Assembly (NCBI RefSeq): GCF_001194135.2
Contig: NC_068997.1
Coordinates: forward strand, 18,581,354-18,645,353
Direction: 5' to 3'
DNA from: Octopus bimaculoides
Taxonomy: Eukaryota
Length of the DNA: 64,000 nucleotides
In this document: positions 13,007 to 25,858 of the stretch, piece by piece
How the letters are laid out: each line of letters opens with the position of its first letter
How positions within the stretch are numbered: position 1 is the first letter of the stretch
Notes under the pieces: model-generated
Seen by the model: the letters and a program-made list of their open reading frames with translations, nothing else
Database searches by the model: none
Told to the model about the DNA's origin: nothing
Position numbers and translations under genes: made by a program

Positions 13007-13390
13007 TGCATTTCGTTTTCCGTTACTTCCTGAGTTCAAAATCCACCGAGGTCGACTTTGCCTTTCATCCTTTCGGGGCCGATAAATTCAGTACCAGTTG
13101 ATTACTGGGGTTGATCTAATCGACTGACCCCCCACCCCTCCTCCAAAATTTCAGGCCTTGTGCCTATAATAAAAATGATTACTATAACATATCGGTATTT
13201 CGTCTGCCGCTATGTTCTGAGTTCAAATTCCGCTATAGTCGACTTTGCCTTTCATGCTTTCGGGGACGATGAAATAAGTACCAGTTACACCCTGGCAACG
13301 ACGAAATAAGTACCAGTTACGCACTGGTTTCGATGTAATCGACTGGCCCTCTTTTCAAGATATTGTGCCTAGAGCAGAAATAATTATCGT
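13007..13390 (+). mobile_element. Two head-to-tail 5'-truncated SINE family 1 copies (about 13007-13185 and 13190-13390)
   Basis: Each has the B-box GAGTTCAAA, GTCGACTTTGCCTTTCAT, GTACCAGTT and a GTGCCTA tail. The second has an internal duplication of GAAATAAGTACCAGTTAC. Confidence 0.85.
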
Positions 13391-13459
13391 AACATATCCC
13401 TCTTCATGCAGTCAGAATATTTAACGATCCATCTCAAGAATTCTGCTGTGCACACTTAT

Positions 13460-13985
13460 ATGCTGCTGCTGCTACTGCTGCTGCTGCTGTTGCTGTTGCT
13501 GATAATGATGATGATGATGATGATGATAATGATGGTAATATTGTTGAACCTTATCGTTATCATTTTCGTCATATTCAGTCTCACAAAATTCTTGTTATAT
13601 AGTTGTTATCATATTTGAGATTATTATTATTTCATCAAACATCTCTTTACCATTCTACACTTTCTGTATCATCATCATAACCATAATTACCATCCTTGAT
13701 CTGATCTCGTCATTGTATTCGATAATTTCATCATCTTTTTCATAATTGTTCTTCCTGCTGTCATCACCATCAACATTGTCGAAGTTTTCATCTTCGTCTT
13801 CATGTCTGTCGTCGTTGTCATCGTCGTCGTCGTCGTCGTCGTCGTCATCATCATCATCCATCAACATCATCGTTGTTCTCATCATCGTCGTCATCATTAT
13901 CATCATTATTATCATTACCACTATTATCACCACCATCACCATCTCTATCATCATTTTATGATCTTCATCGTCATCATAAACTTAA
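13460..13985. repeat. Compound trinucleotide repeats (CTG/GAT/CGT/CAT)
   Basis: Directly visible. Confidence 0.9.
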
Positions 13986-15379
13986 CCCTTCATCAGTAGC
14001 AACAGCACTGATCACTAATTTCAATTTAAATATACATATTTTTTAAAGTGTAAAAAAAAAATATTATCTCCAGCTGCAAATAAACAGTGGAAATTCATAT
14101 TTAAATTGAAAAATAAAACCAAATAAAAAAAATATAAAATAAATAAATTCGTACCTCCTGATTTTAAAAATCGATATTTTCTGGTTTTGAAAGTCGATAA
14201 TTTTGCAGTTGTCGATATTGTTCTCATTTCTGTAAACATTCCAGCAGAATTAAATTTTCATTTCCTTTTGTTCCTTACCATTTTCGTTTTCCTTTCTCGT
14301 TCTCAATTTTTTCATTTTTATTTTTATTTAGCTTTTTTAGAGAGAATGTTATCGAGGAATATTTCTTGGGGGGATGGTGTTCGTTATGTGCTTCGTGCAT
14401 TTTTATTTTTGTCTTTTTTTTTCTGTTATTTTGTCGTGACGTTTAGTTGTTGTTCTTTTACTTGGAATAAAATATCTCTTTAATTCGAAATATTCGTATA
14501 AAATAATCGAAATTAATTCCCACATCTCAAAGAGCTCTTCCGCCTGATTAAAATCCTTTCCTCATCCACAAACTCTAAAACCTTTTATTTCCGTTAACAT
14601 CATCGAATGCTTGTACTTTTCTTTAAATTCTTTCATACGTTTTATTTACTTTTTGTGAGACAATTTTGGAGTCCCCCACATAATTTTTGTCTATGACAAG
14701 CTACGCCTGATGGCATAGACAACCAATCATATAGTCATCCGGATAGCACATTTAAATGTTTTGCAACTCCCTACGTCACATGTGTGAAGACCTACCTTAG
14801 ATGGACAAAGTAGAACGCATCACTGAGGTATTTTATTATTAGCTATAATCAAAGTTCACTTTAATCCCTCTTCATAAACATATACGCATGAATGCATACA
14901 TACATACATATATTTATACGCACACACACGCGTGCGCACACACGTACACACATATATGTATAGACAGATATTGTATATTCATTATATATACATATATTCA
15001 TTCTATATATATATATATANNNNNNNNNNATGTATGTATGTATGTATGTATGTATGCATATATATATATATATGTATGTTATTATTCAGTTTTATTCCAA
15101 GAAAGTGAGCCGGTTTCTAATCTAGATCCAAGGGTCCTACATTGGAATTTCAACAACAACAATAGGTATTTTTGTATGCATGTATGTATGTATGTATGTA
15201 TGTATGTATGTATGTATGCATGTATGTGTGTACGTGAGTGTGTATGTATGTATGTATGTATGCATGCATGTATGTATGTATGTATGTGTGTATGTATGTA
15301 TGCATGCATGTATGTATGTATGTACGTATGTCTTCTCATGCATATACGTGCATATCTAGACATGCTCATATATATTTAA

Positions 15380-16055
15380 ATGATAAACGCCTGGAAAGTT
15401 TTACAAATTTGTTCAGTTCAGTGATGGCTTGGATCTGTAGTCTTCGAATTATTTTCCTTCTGACTTTGAGTAGCTTAATTTCTCAAGATTGGTATTTACG
15501 CAGATTTGCACAATTGTACACAGTTTACTTTCTCTATCTCAAATCATTATATAAGGTTTGTTGTGTTTATATTTTATTGAGGTTTTCAATGGGGCATTCC
15601 ACTACACTCCTTTCTGTGTGGCTCTGGCTTCAACCATATTGTGGGCTCTTATTTCTCTGTCCTCGGTGTTATCTTTCCGACGAATTTCATTATAGCTACG
15701 TCATGTCTCATCGGTAGATAATACCGTGATGATATTTTCTGGACATCTGCTTGGGATGTCGGTGATATCTTCGGTGTTAACTTCACAAGGTCTACATCGG
15801 TTGTTATATTTTACCGCTTCTCCTGCATCTCTGTACCATTTGTGCATCAGGTATTTGGCTGATATTTCTTGTTCCTGGGTTGCAAACGCATACCCTTCAA
15901 AGCGGGATGTAGTAATCCAGTTGTTGGTCCATGATAGACTGCTTTGATGATCAATGCTACAATCATCTCTGAGCTTGTCTTTTCATGTAATGATATTTTG
16001 TGGTAGAATCGTGCTTCTTCTTGAGGCGTATTTTTAAGGTTATCAGACAAAGAAT
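15380..16055 (-). mobile_element. Degenerate Dong/R4-like non-LTR fragment (post-RT region, zinc knuckle, RLE start)
   Basis: Minus-strand translation SLSWTNNWITTSRFEGYAFATQEQEISAKYLMHKWY...CRPCEVNTEDITDIPSRCP, then WWNAPLKTSIKYKHNKPYIMI. Confidence 0.8.
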
Positions 16056-16126
16056 GCTGCTCATGTGTATGTATGTACGTATGTATGGATAGATAGATAG
16101 ATTAATTGACGGACTGACACACATAC

Positions 16127-16179
<53 letters not shown>

Positions 16180-16749
16180 TTCATCAGTTTTGGCTTTGCC
16201 AAGTAAGAAGAATATGCTTCAATGAAGAAGCCTAATGAGACTGAAACATATCACATCTCTTTGCTTCACAAGTAGACTTAAAAGTATTTCACCTCAATAT
16301 GTTACTGGTATAAAACTCCACACGGTTACACATTTCTAATTCGGTAGCAACATTGCTTAATGTTATTAGAGACAATAATGACCTAAAAGCAGGATTTCTC
16401 CCAGCTCTAAGTGAGTGCAACAGTCAGATATAATAAGATCCCTGTTTCACAACGTACAGCAGTCAGGCATCAGCACATGTTTCATTTTCTTTTCCTGTTG
16501 ATCTGATATCTTAATCACGTACACCTGTCGAGGTAAATCGCATCATCTTTAAGCATAACTTTGAAAGAAACCCAGTTCTGAACAGAGTCTTAGAACTTCA
16601 ATAGTTTTATAGAACTAATGGACATTACCACTAATTCTAATAAGAAGCTCAAAAACAACTGAAGCAGTTGGTGAGCAAATACTACGCCGCACAGTTTGCT
16701 AGAAATAGCAAAGAAAATCTTTATAGTGGAGGAGCAATTTGGATAATGT

Positions 16750-17021
16750 AGTTTGTGATAAACTATCTACGACAACTATGTGTTCCTTGCAGGACAGTTA
16801 ATACAAAGGAGATAATCTTTAGATAATATTTGGTAGCATTTGAAGTGTGAATTTCAAATTAAGGAATAAAGAAGCAGGTGCATAGGATACGCAATAATTG
16901 TCTTTTTTGTGACTTCGAAGTTCTTAAAATTTTAGTTTCTGATAAACTATCCACGACAACTATGTGTTCCCTGCAGGTCAATTAATACAAAGGAGATAAT
17001 TATTAGATAATATTTGGCGGC
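16750..17021. repeat. Two-copy tandem duplication (about 88-bp core, 184-bp period)
   Basis: 16750-16837 is similar to 16934-17021 (GATAAACTATC[TC]ACGACAACTATGTGTTCC[TC]TGCAGG...TAATACAAAGGAGATAAT...AGATAATATTTGG). Confidence 0.9.
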
Positions 17022-18293
17022 TTATGTAAAAAGGAACTTCAAAACTTTAAAAAACACAGAAAAAAGTAACTTTCTTATATACAAAACCAAACACTAGTTT
17101 ATAACTTGTGTTTTATCAGAGATTTATATCTATCTGATTAAAACTGCACAAATTACAAAGAATTTTTCGAAACAACAATTATTATATTAGCACAATCTTA
17201 TGATATATCAGACATATACAGGCATCGCTCATTATAAGATCCTACAGAAATAATTAACTGGCATCATTTGATCTCATAGACATATCACGCTACAAATTTT
17301 CCCTCTAGATATGTGTTACTTGAATCATGAAGATGATAACGTGTTGATCTCATATTTACAACCTGAAATATATAGCTTCATTAATTAATTACTGCAACCC
17401 CTGTAATGAAATCATTATTTATCTTATGCTTCATAGATACTGTTTTATTAGTGTTTACGTTGTATTATGTACCCTCAAGAAAGCTACGGTGACAAGCTTT
17501 ATTATCCTTCTAATATAATGAAGCATATAATTAATATAATGATGCAGTTCTCAAAGTAATGAGCTTTGTTTTACTATGAAAAACGTTTTCAATCAAGAAA
17601 GTGATTATAATTTGGTTAATTTGCCGGCGAACCGAAACTGGAAAATTTAGGCATCCTACACATTCGCACAAAACATCTGCTATTTCATTTAATGCAGGCA
17701 AAGTATTCTATACAAAAACTGTACTCGACTGCGGTGGGATCTGAATTCAAATTGTATGGAGACAGCAAAGGTAATTTCAGGTGTTTGCAACTCTACAATT
17801 TTACGTGTATCCAAATAATTCGGGAAGACTGAGATTTACTACGGAATTTTGTGACGAACATCGCAGACAGAAATAATTGATGAAAAATATCAAATTCAGG
17901 GTGGGAAAGGTCAAGAATTTCATGTCTTCCTATAGTGGAAATTTCATGGTTGGAAACATGACTAAATTACGCAAGATACTTCATGTGGCTTCAAAGATTT
18001 TGGTTTTGTCTCTTTTGCAAAAGTTTGGCATTAATGATGCTTCTTTTACCACTATTTACTTTCTTCAGTCATTGCATTGCGGCCAAGATGGTGCAGTGCA
18101 TTGGGGGTGGTTTGGTATCACAAAGTACTAATTTTGAACATCTGGTACTTATTCTATCATTTTCTTTTATCGAGGTGCTAAGCTACGTGGACGTAAACAA
18201 ACCCATTCTGGTTGCGAGAGGTCGGGAGGGACAAGTAGACGCATACATACGCATATATTAATGCATATATATATATAAAATAAAGAAACTCGT

Positions 18294-18361
<68 letters not shown>

Positions 18362-18370
18362 ACGAAACCC

Positions 18371-18405
<35 letters not shown>

Positions 18406-18411
18406 CGGGTT

Positions 18412-18590
18412 TCTTTTAGTTTCCATTTACCAAATCTACAATATACATATGTGTGTGTATGTGTGTGTAGGCGACTGGCTTCCACACAGTTCCCGTCAGC
18501 CAATTTCACTCATGAAGCACTGAACAGCCCAGGACTATAAAGAAGACACTTGTCCAGGATGTACAGTGGAGCTGCACTAGAAACCTGTAC
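18412..18590 (-). mobile_element. tRNA-derived SINE family 2 fragments
   Basis: Reverse complement matches parts of the 36428-36581 copy (GTGTCTT, GGAAACT, AGAAACCCGTC). Confidence 0.7.
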
Positions 18591-19304
18591 CTACGGTAAG
18601 AAGAAATATTCGGAAATTTCATTAATTTGTTATTTCCGATCAGATGTTTTTGGCAGGATTGTGTATATGTGTTGAAGCAGCCGTTTTAGTTGTTTCAGAG
18701 CAGAAGATATTTAATTTACAGGCTTATAGCTTCTCTCCTTTAGCAAAGAAGTGAGGTTTCAAACTTCGCTATGGGTGTCTTACCTGCAACAAACTTCTAT
18801 TCTAAGAATTAATAATTATCATATTTTCATTTAGCGTGAATGATAACTACAATTTAACGCCAAATATATTGAATTTCACAATTCGTGAGATGATAAATAT
18901 ATTTTCTCTTCTGATATCAATAAATTAGAGCAAAAAAAAATCCAAATATTTTAAATAAGAGAGCTGAAATAACTAGCTATTCACACTAAAGAGAAAAATT
19001 GAACATGTATAGAAATATGATTTGTAATTGGAGCAACATAATTCAAAGTAATATATTTTCTATATCTTTCTCCCTATTTTTTTTAACTCCCCGTTGTAGT
19101 CAAATCGATCATTATTTTCTTAAGTTTTCATTGCAATTCGATTTTAATGTTGCTGAGAACAATATTATTTTCCATCGTGTCAGTGAACAATAATACAAAT
19201 AAATTTCTCTGATCAATGAGAGAGAAACCTGGGAGGCGCGTATTAAAGAATTTGTATTTTCTTCCTATTTAAGGATGGGTTTTTTTTTTACTTTTTTTTT
19301 ACAG

Positions 19305-19359
19305 GGGCTTTTATTTTTCCCTCATGATTTTGTTGAATTATTCCTGCTTCGTAGCTATG
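19305..19359 (+). other. Candidate small internal exon (55 nt), unverified
   Basis: Long poly-T tract then TACAG| and ATG|GTAAAA. Open frames give GLLFFPHDFVELFLLRSY or GFYFSLMILLNYSCFVAM. No homology recognised. Confidence 0.25.
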
Positions 19360-19430
19360 GTAAAATTATTGGGGTAAAACAATTTTGTAGATGAAAATTA
19401 ATAAACAAACACATATACGTATATATGTGC

Positions 19431-19475
<45 letters not shown>

Positions 19476-19573
19476 NNNNNNNNNNNNNNNNNNNNNNNNN
19501 NNNNNNNNNNNNNNNNNNNNNNNNNNNNNNNNNNNNNNNNNNNNNNNNNNNNNNNNNNNNNNNNNNNNNNNNN

Positions 19574-19622
<49 letters not shown>

Positions 19623-19747
19623 AGCAAATAAATAACGAAAAAATGGAGAAATCTCAGTTTATAAACCTCACAAAGTTGCTTGCTACAACAATTAATTTTT
19701 GGATATAATTTATTCCGTATACAACTTTTCACAATATTATATTAAAC

Positions 19748-19778
<31 letters not shown>

Positions 19779-20859
19779 TGTGTTGTGCTGCGCTCTGTGT
19801 GCATTTTGTTTTTAATTTACAATCTGATCACTGCATTCCCTAATCTAAAGATATTGGATCCTTTTATAGTTATTTATGATTTAGATTTGGAATATATTTT
19901 AGTTGTTTGTGTGCAGCAGGCTTTAGCATTATTAATATTATGATTATCATAATAATAATTGATATTATAAAAATTCATTATATGTATTCCTATTAAAGTT
20001 GATGCAGCAGATATTTTATAATATTGCAGTAATTATTATAATATCAGTAATTTTATCAATATAATGTCAATATTTTTAACATTAATAATAATAACAAGTG
20101 GGAACTAGCTATCTTAAAGACATCGCTGTTGGCATTGAAATTGGATTTTGCATGTTGGGATTAATTAATGCATATTCTTCTCTATTAATCTGTGTATGTG
20201 TGTCTATGTGTCTATGTATCTGTGTTTACCTGTGCGTTTCAGTGTATGTACAATATATGCGTGTGCGTATACATGTATGTATTTGGGAATGTGTATGCAT
20301 ATTTGTAGATTTGATTTGAAGGACACATTTATATTTTTTCTGCACTAGATCATTTACCTTCGTTTGTGTATGCGAGTGCGCGTCAGTGAGTGAGTAAGTG
20401 AGTAGGTAAATGAGCGACTGAGTAGGTAAGTAAGCGACTGTGTGATTGAGTGAGAGCGTGAGTGGATGAGTGAGTGGGTGAGTGAGCGAGTGAGTGAGAG
20501 AGCGAGTGAATGAATGAAAGAATGAATAAATGAGTGTGCCAATTAAAAATGAAATGATACATGGTTAAATTTTGCAGAATCAGAATCATGAAAATTTCAG
20601 AGATAACTTAGAAGCTGTTCTTCGAATATTTGTTTGTGCATAAACGTGTTAGAATTTCAACTCTGCTTTTTAAATTGCATATGATAATTCACCATGTACA
20701 CTGACATGCTTTCACAATCATCAGCATATACACATCTTTTTGCAGACTATTTTATAGCAACAAAATTCGTTATCTAGTTCCAAATAGACGACATGTTGTC
20801 TGTCACGGACGTGACAACATCACGTCGAAACAACCGGTAACCGAGAGTCTGCTGCTGTC

Positions 20860-20927
20860 GCGTGAAGCATATTCTTCTTCTTCTTCTTCTTCTTCTTCTT
20901 CTTCTTCTTCTTCTTCTTCTTCTTCTT

Positions 20928-20958
<31 letters not shown>

Positions 20959-21013
20959 TTCTTCGTATTATTATTGTTATTATTGTCATTATTATTTTTA
21001 TTATTATTATTAT
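20860..21013. repeat. (TTC)n followed by (ATT)n microsatellite
   Basis: Directly visible. Confidence 0.95.
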
Positions 21014-21369
21014 TTTATGTTTGACTTTTGTTTTGCATTTGTACAAGTTGGATCCTAGTCTCACCCGGAGACCTCAAGAGACAACAAGTTAGAAGTTCAT
21101 GTAGGTGTTATGCCTAGGGTACCATATATTTGGATTTGTACAGTTTTGTTCAAGTGAATGTTTAAGAAACCATAAGAAAATTATGTGTTTGCTTTAAAAT
21201 TTGACATCACATAGACAGTATTTTATGTAGGATATGGGCAGTTCCCATGAGCACTATCTTTTGAACTTCAGCCATTTTGGGGTTTCCTGGAATCTGATCT
21301 AGGTAGTAATCAGCCCGTTTCGCTGTCATTCCCAGGGCACCTATGACAATAGGTATTGTTTTCGTCTTC

Positions 21370-21370
<1 letters not shown>
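21010..21370 (-). mobile_element. Dong/R4-like 3' end with 3' UTR, embedded in (TAA)n
   Basis: Minus-strand KTKTIPIVIGALGMTAKRADYYLDQIPGNPKMAEVQKIVLMGTAHILHKILSM*; (ATT)n on both sides. Confidence 0.85.
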
Positions 21371-21418
<48 letters not shown>

Positions 21419-21430
21419 ATTATTATTAAT

Positions 21431-21594
21431 CGGCAGCACGTCGAGCAAAATGCTTAACGACATTTCCTCCGCCTTTATGTTCTGAGTTCAAATTCAGTTT
21501 ACGCCTACCAGACCCACTCACAAGGCTTTGGTCGACACTTGTCAAAGGTACCACGCAGTGGGACTGAACCCGGAACTATATGGTTCGGAAGCAA
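21431..21594. mobile_element. SINE family 1 head fragment (+, 21431-21497) fused to a SINE family 2 fragment (-, 21500-21594)
   Basis: GTTCTGAGTTCAAATT, then CACTCACAAGGCTTTGGTCG..GCAGTGGGACTGAACCCGGAAC. Confidence 0.75.
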
Positions 21595-22703
21595 TATATA
21601 TAGATAATACATACACACACATATATATCAGCATGTATGCATGTTCGTATACATACGTGCACCATACGTATAAACGTCTGTATATATATATGCTCATATA
21701 TATATGTGTGTATATATATATATATATATACGTGTGTATGTATGTATGTATATACATATCTATGTATACATATATATATATATATTCCTATATGTATGTT
21801 TACATATATATATGTATATATAAGTATATACTTATGTACATACATATGTATATGCATATACATATCTATACATATGTATATGTATATGCATATATGTATG
21901 TTTGTATACACACACAAATGGGCCCCAATAAATGTCCATTATATTATATTGTATTGTATTGTATTACAATGTTCGTCTTTTTTGTTCCCGTGGCGTGTAA
22001 AGAAACAATTATTATTTTTTACTACTACTACGACTACTATTACTACTAATAACCCTTACCACCACCACCATCAACACCACCACCACCACCACCACCACCA
22101 TACATATTCTTCTTTATTTTATCATCTTATTCGACAACGTCAGAAGCATCACTATCATCAGTATAATTTATGAATGTATTTGTTTTTATTACGTTGTATA
22201 TATATATTACCATGTTTGTATATTTGAACAAACGTGTGTATACGCAAGTATATAATATATTTGTATGTGTTGTATATATGTATGTGTGAATGTCAAAAAT
22301 GTGAATCATCGTCCGTTAATTTTTTTAGAAAGATCATATTACTGCTAAAGGAGAAATGTTTCTTCTTCACTTAAAAAAAAAACAAGTGTATATACATGCA
22401 TACACACACTGGCACATATATATATATGCGTGTGAATGTGTGTATCATATCTCATATACACACGCACACACACACATATATATCATAAATGTGTGTGCGT
22501 GGGGGGGTAGGATTTTATAGAGAAGGAAATTACAGAACAATGAAATATTCTCCTGGTAATGATAAAATAAAGTGTAAAAAATTAAGCAGGAAAATCTACA
22601 CTGACACATGTATGCAAGCACACGCACACACACATATATATATACATACACATTTATACACATTCACGCACACCCAAAATGCAAACACACAAGAGCACAT
22701 ACG

Positions 22704-22752
<49 letters not shown>

Positions 22753-22815
22753 GCAAATCTCTTTGCAGAGTCTTACTAAGAGACCTCACTAAACACTCAT
22801 GTATATATATGTATG

Positions 22816-22866
<51 letters not shown>

Positions 22867-22890
22867 NNNNNNNNNNGTGTGTGTGTGTGT

Positions 22891-22933
<43 letters not shown>

Positions 22934-23031
22934 TGTGTGTTTGTGTGTGTGTGTGTGGTGTATGATGCGTAGGATGTTTAATTACAATAAATCCTCCCCC
23001 GTACACCATTCTACACACACACACACACACA

Positions 23032-23069
<38 letters not shown>

Positions 23070-23491
23070 GACACACACACACACACACACACACACAAAA
23101 CAAAACAAACAGAGACCCACCCACGTATATACACAAGCAGAAATAAATATAAGAATTATAGTTTTCTTGCATGTTGAAAATATCAAGTTTTGTTTAGCTG
23201 GCTGTTAATATTGTTTCTTATATTTTAGCTTTCACGTCTTCGTTGTCGTCACCGATTTCATGGTCATTTTTTGATGATGTTCTTACTGCTGATGTTCATG
23301 TTTTTGTTTCTACCTAGTTACTGTTATTGTGCTTAAGGTTTTCATAGGAATCTACACGATAATGATGATGATGATGACGACGATGATGATGATGAGGATG
23401 ATGAGAATGAGGAGGAGGAGGGCTTGATACCTGCTATCATTATCATAATCATCATTATTATCATCGTTATAGCTGTTATATATATATATAT

Positions 23492-23729
23492 CGGCGAGTT
23501 GGCAGGGTCCTTAGCTCACCGGGCGAAATGCTTAACGGCATTTCGTCCGTCTTTTTGTTCTGAGTTCAAATTCTGTCGGAGGTCGACCGTGCTTTTCATC
23601 TTTTCAGGGTCGATAAAATAAGTACCAGTTGAGTACGGAGGGCGATGTAGTCGACTTGTTCCCTCCCCCAAGATTTCAAGCTTTGTGCTTATAGTGGAAA
23701 GGATTATTATTATTATTATTATTATTATT
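23492..23729 (+). mobile_element. SINE family 1 near full length, (ATT)n tail type
   Basis: GGCGAGTTGGCAG head, GAGTTCAAATT B-box, AAATAAGTACCAGTT body, GTGCTTATAGTGGAAAGGATTATT tail. Confidence 0.9.
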
Positions 23730-24037
23730 CAGTAGTTTTATTTTTATAACGTGCTTTCACTTCACTACCGAGCGCAACTCTGTGCGCCTTGGGTATGTGC
23801 TGTGGTTTGCTGTGGTGCTCTTATGTTTACTGTATTGAAAGTGTTTTGCGTAGAATGTGTGCAGTACCCAGTAGTGCAATTTTCTGTATGTTATATATAT
23901 TTGTAAGTCCTGGTATTTTTGTTATGTATTTGTCTGAATATTTTTTTATTATACCTAAGGCACCTACTATGATAGGAATTGTTTCTGTTTTTAGATTCCA
24001 CATTCGAGTTATCTCTATTTCCAGGTCTTTGTATTTT
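23730..24037 (-). mobile_element. Dong/R4-like 3' end (coding remnant 23827-24036 plus 3' UTR) between (TAA)n tracts
   Basis: KYKDLEIEITRMWNLKTETIPIIVGALGIIKKYSDKYITKIPGLTNIYNIQKIALLGTAHILRKTLSIQ*; same subfamily as the 35.4 and 37.5 kb copies. Confidence 0.9.
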
Positions 24038-24061
24038 GTATTATTATTATTATTATTATGT

Positions 24062-24350
24062 GATTAAAAATCACAGCTTATTTTACTGGGTATGATAGAA
24101 AGTATGAACTGTCCACAGCCAGCAGACTAAAGTGACATTTGTTTACTGGTCATACTTCAAGAACCTTGCGAAGAATTCTTGCAGTTCCAAACAACCCTGA
24201 TTTTTGGAGGTGTTCTACCTTCACACTTGCACCAATTCTTTTGACTCATGTTGACTGCTCATACTGCAAAGTGCGCCAAATGTTATTGGTATCGCGTCTA
24301 CTCTCCTCATTGACCACAATCTTCGTATTTCCAACTTTACATCGTCATAG
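24062..24350 (-). mobile_element. Second, distinct Dong/R4-like 3' end between (TAA)n tracts
   Basis: YDDVKLEIRRLWSMRRVDAIPITFGAL...LQKSGLFGTARILRKVLEV* across a frameshift. Confidence 0.8.
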
Positions 24351-24366
24351 CTGTTTATTATTATTA

Positions 24367-24415
<49 letters not shown>

Positions 24416-24618
24416 GATTTTCATTTGCATCTTTCAATCTTTTGTTTCCATTTCTTGCCGAGAGGGAAACGCACTGTATGCACTTGTAGGCCATTAAAAT
24501 ATACATATCAGATCGTTCATCTACAAAGTCATGTGACAGAGAAAAGGAGGAAGGAAGACAAAGACAAAAAGAAAAAATAAGTAAGCTACGAAAATAAAGG
24601 GGAAAATGGAAAGAAAAT

Positions 24619-25000
24619 TCACGGCGACAATACTCTTCTCAGTACGTATGACGTACTTGTTAAGACTATCTTTTGCACTTCCTGCATGGCTGGTAAGCCA
24701 GGCATCATTCTTAAATAATCCTCAGTTTCTTTTTTGATTATTCCAAGCAATCCTACAATTACTGGTATTGTAACCGTTTTGAAATGCCACATCTTTTCGA
24801 TTTCGATTAGCAAATTTTTGTATTTTCTGAACTTATCAAATTCTTTTGCCGAGATATTATAGTCACTGGCTATGTTCATATCAATCAATGAACAGAGTTT
24901 ATTGTTTTGATCTTTCACATCAATATCTAGTTTATTTGCTTTCATGTTTGCTATTGGCGTGGCCGTGAATATAAACATATTGTCTTTTTGTTGAGAATAA
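24619..25000 (-). mobile_element. Third Dong/R4-like RLE endonuclease fragment
   Basis: KANKLDIDVKDQNNKLCSLIDMNIASDYNISAKEFDKFRKYKNLLIEIEKMWHFKTVTIPVIVGLLGII...VQKIVLTSTSYVLRRVLS (decayed PD..D..K..KY RLE motif). Confidence 0.85.
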
Positions 25001-25147
25001 GGAGATAGTAATGATATACGATTATTTTCCCATATATCTAGAAGTTAATTTTATTTTCTAGTTGCCATTGAGTACGCTTTCATCTTTGGTGGTGCCACCA
25101 AAGTCCTTAGGCTTCAGCTCTAGCAGTTAATATTACTAATGCTATGA

Positions 25148-25858
25148 AGGCGACGAGCTAACAGAATCGTCACCATGCCAAGCAAAATGTTTAGCGGTAT
25201 TTCTTCCATCTTTAGCCTCTGAGTTCAAATTCGGCCGATAAAAGAAGTACCGGGTGAACACTTGGATCGATGTAATTGACTTACTCCTCTCCTGAAATTT
25301 CTGGCCATGTGCCAAAATTTGATATCAATATTATTATTTCTTTTGCGAGGTGGTGAGCTGGCAGATTCGTTAACACACCGAAGAAAATTCGTGTGGGTCT
25401 ATCTTTTTGCTTTACGTTCTGTGTTCAAATTCCACTGAGGTCAACTTTTATCCTTTCGGGGTCCATGAAATAAGTACCACTCGAGTACTGAGGTTGACGG
25501 GATCGACTAGCTCTTCTCCTGCCACCATTACCAATAAATTTAAGGCTTTTTGCCTATAGTAGAAAGCATTATTATTGTTATAGCAAGGCAGCGAGCTGGC
25601 AGTATCCTTCGTGAGTCGGGTTTTATTGGCGACATCTTTACAGGCTTTTTACGTTCTGAGCTCAAATCCCGCTGAAGTAAACTTTGTGGCGCTATACGTT
25701 CTGAGATCAAATCCGACAGAGTTTAACATTGATTTTCATCCATTTGGGGTTGGCAAAATTAAGTAGCACTCAATTGCAGGGATCGATGATGTCTACTAAC
25801 TTATCCCTTCCTCTCAAAATCGCTTACAGCGTGCCTTAGTCAGCAATAATTATTATTC
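25148..25858 (+). mobile_element. Head-to-tail array of three degenerate SINE family 1 copies (about 25148-25338, 25347-25577, 25585-25858)
   Basis: Each starts with an AGG(C/T)(G/A)(A/G)..GAGCT(G/A)(G/A)CAG-like head, has a GTTCAAAT/GCTCAAAT B-box and ends in ATTATT. Confidence 0.8.

Noticed and set aside
18772-18810. Minus-strand TTCTTAG|18 nt|GTAAGA micro-exon
   Set aside because: Too short to distinguish from chance without RNA data.
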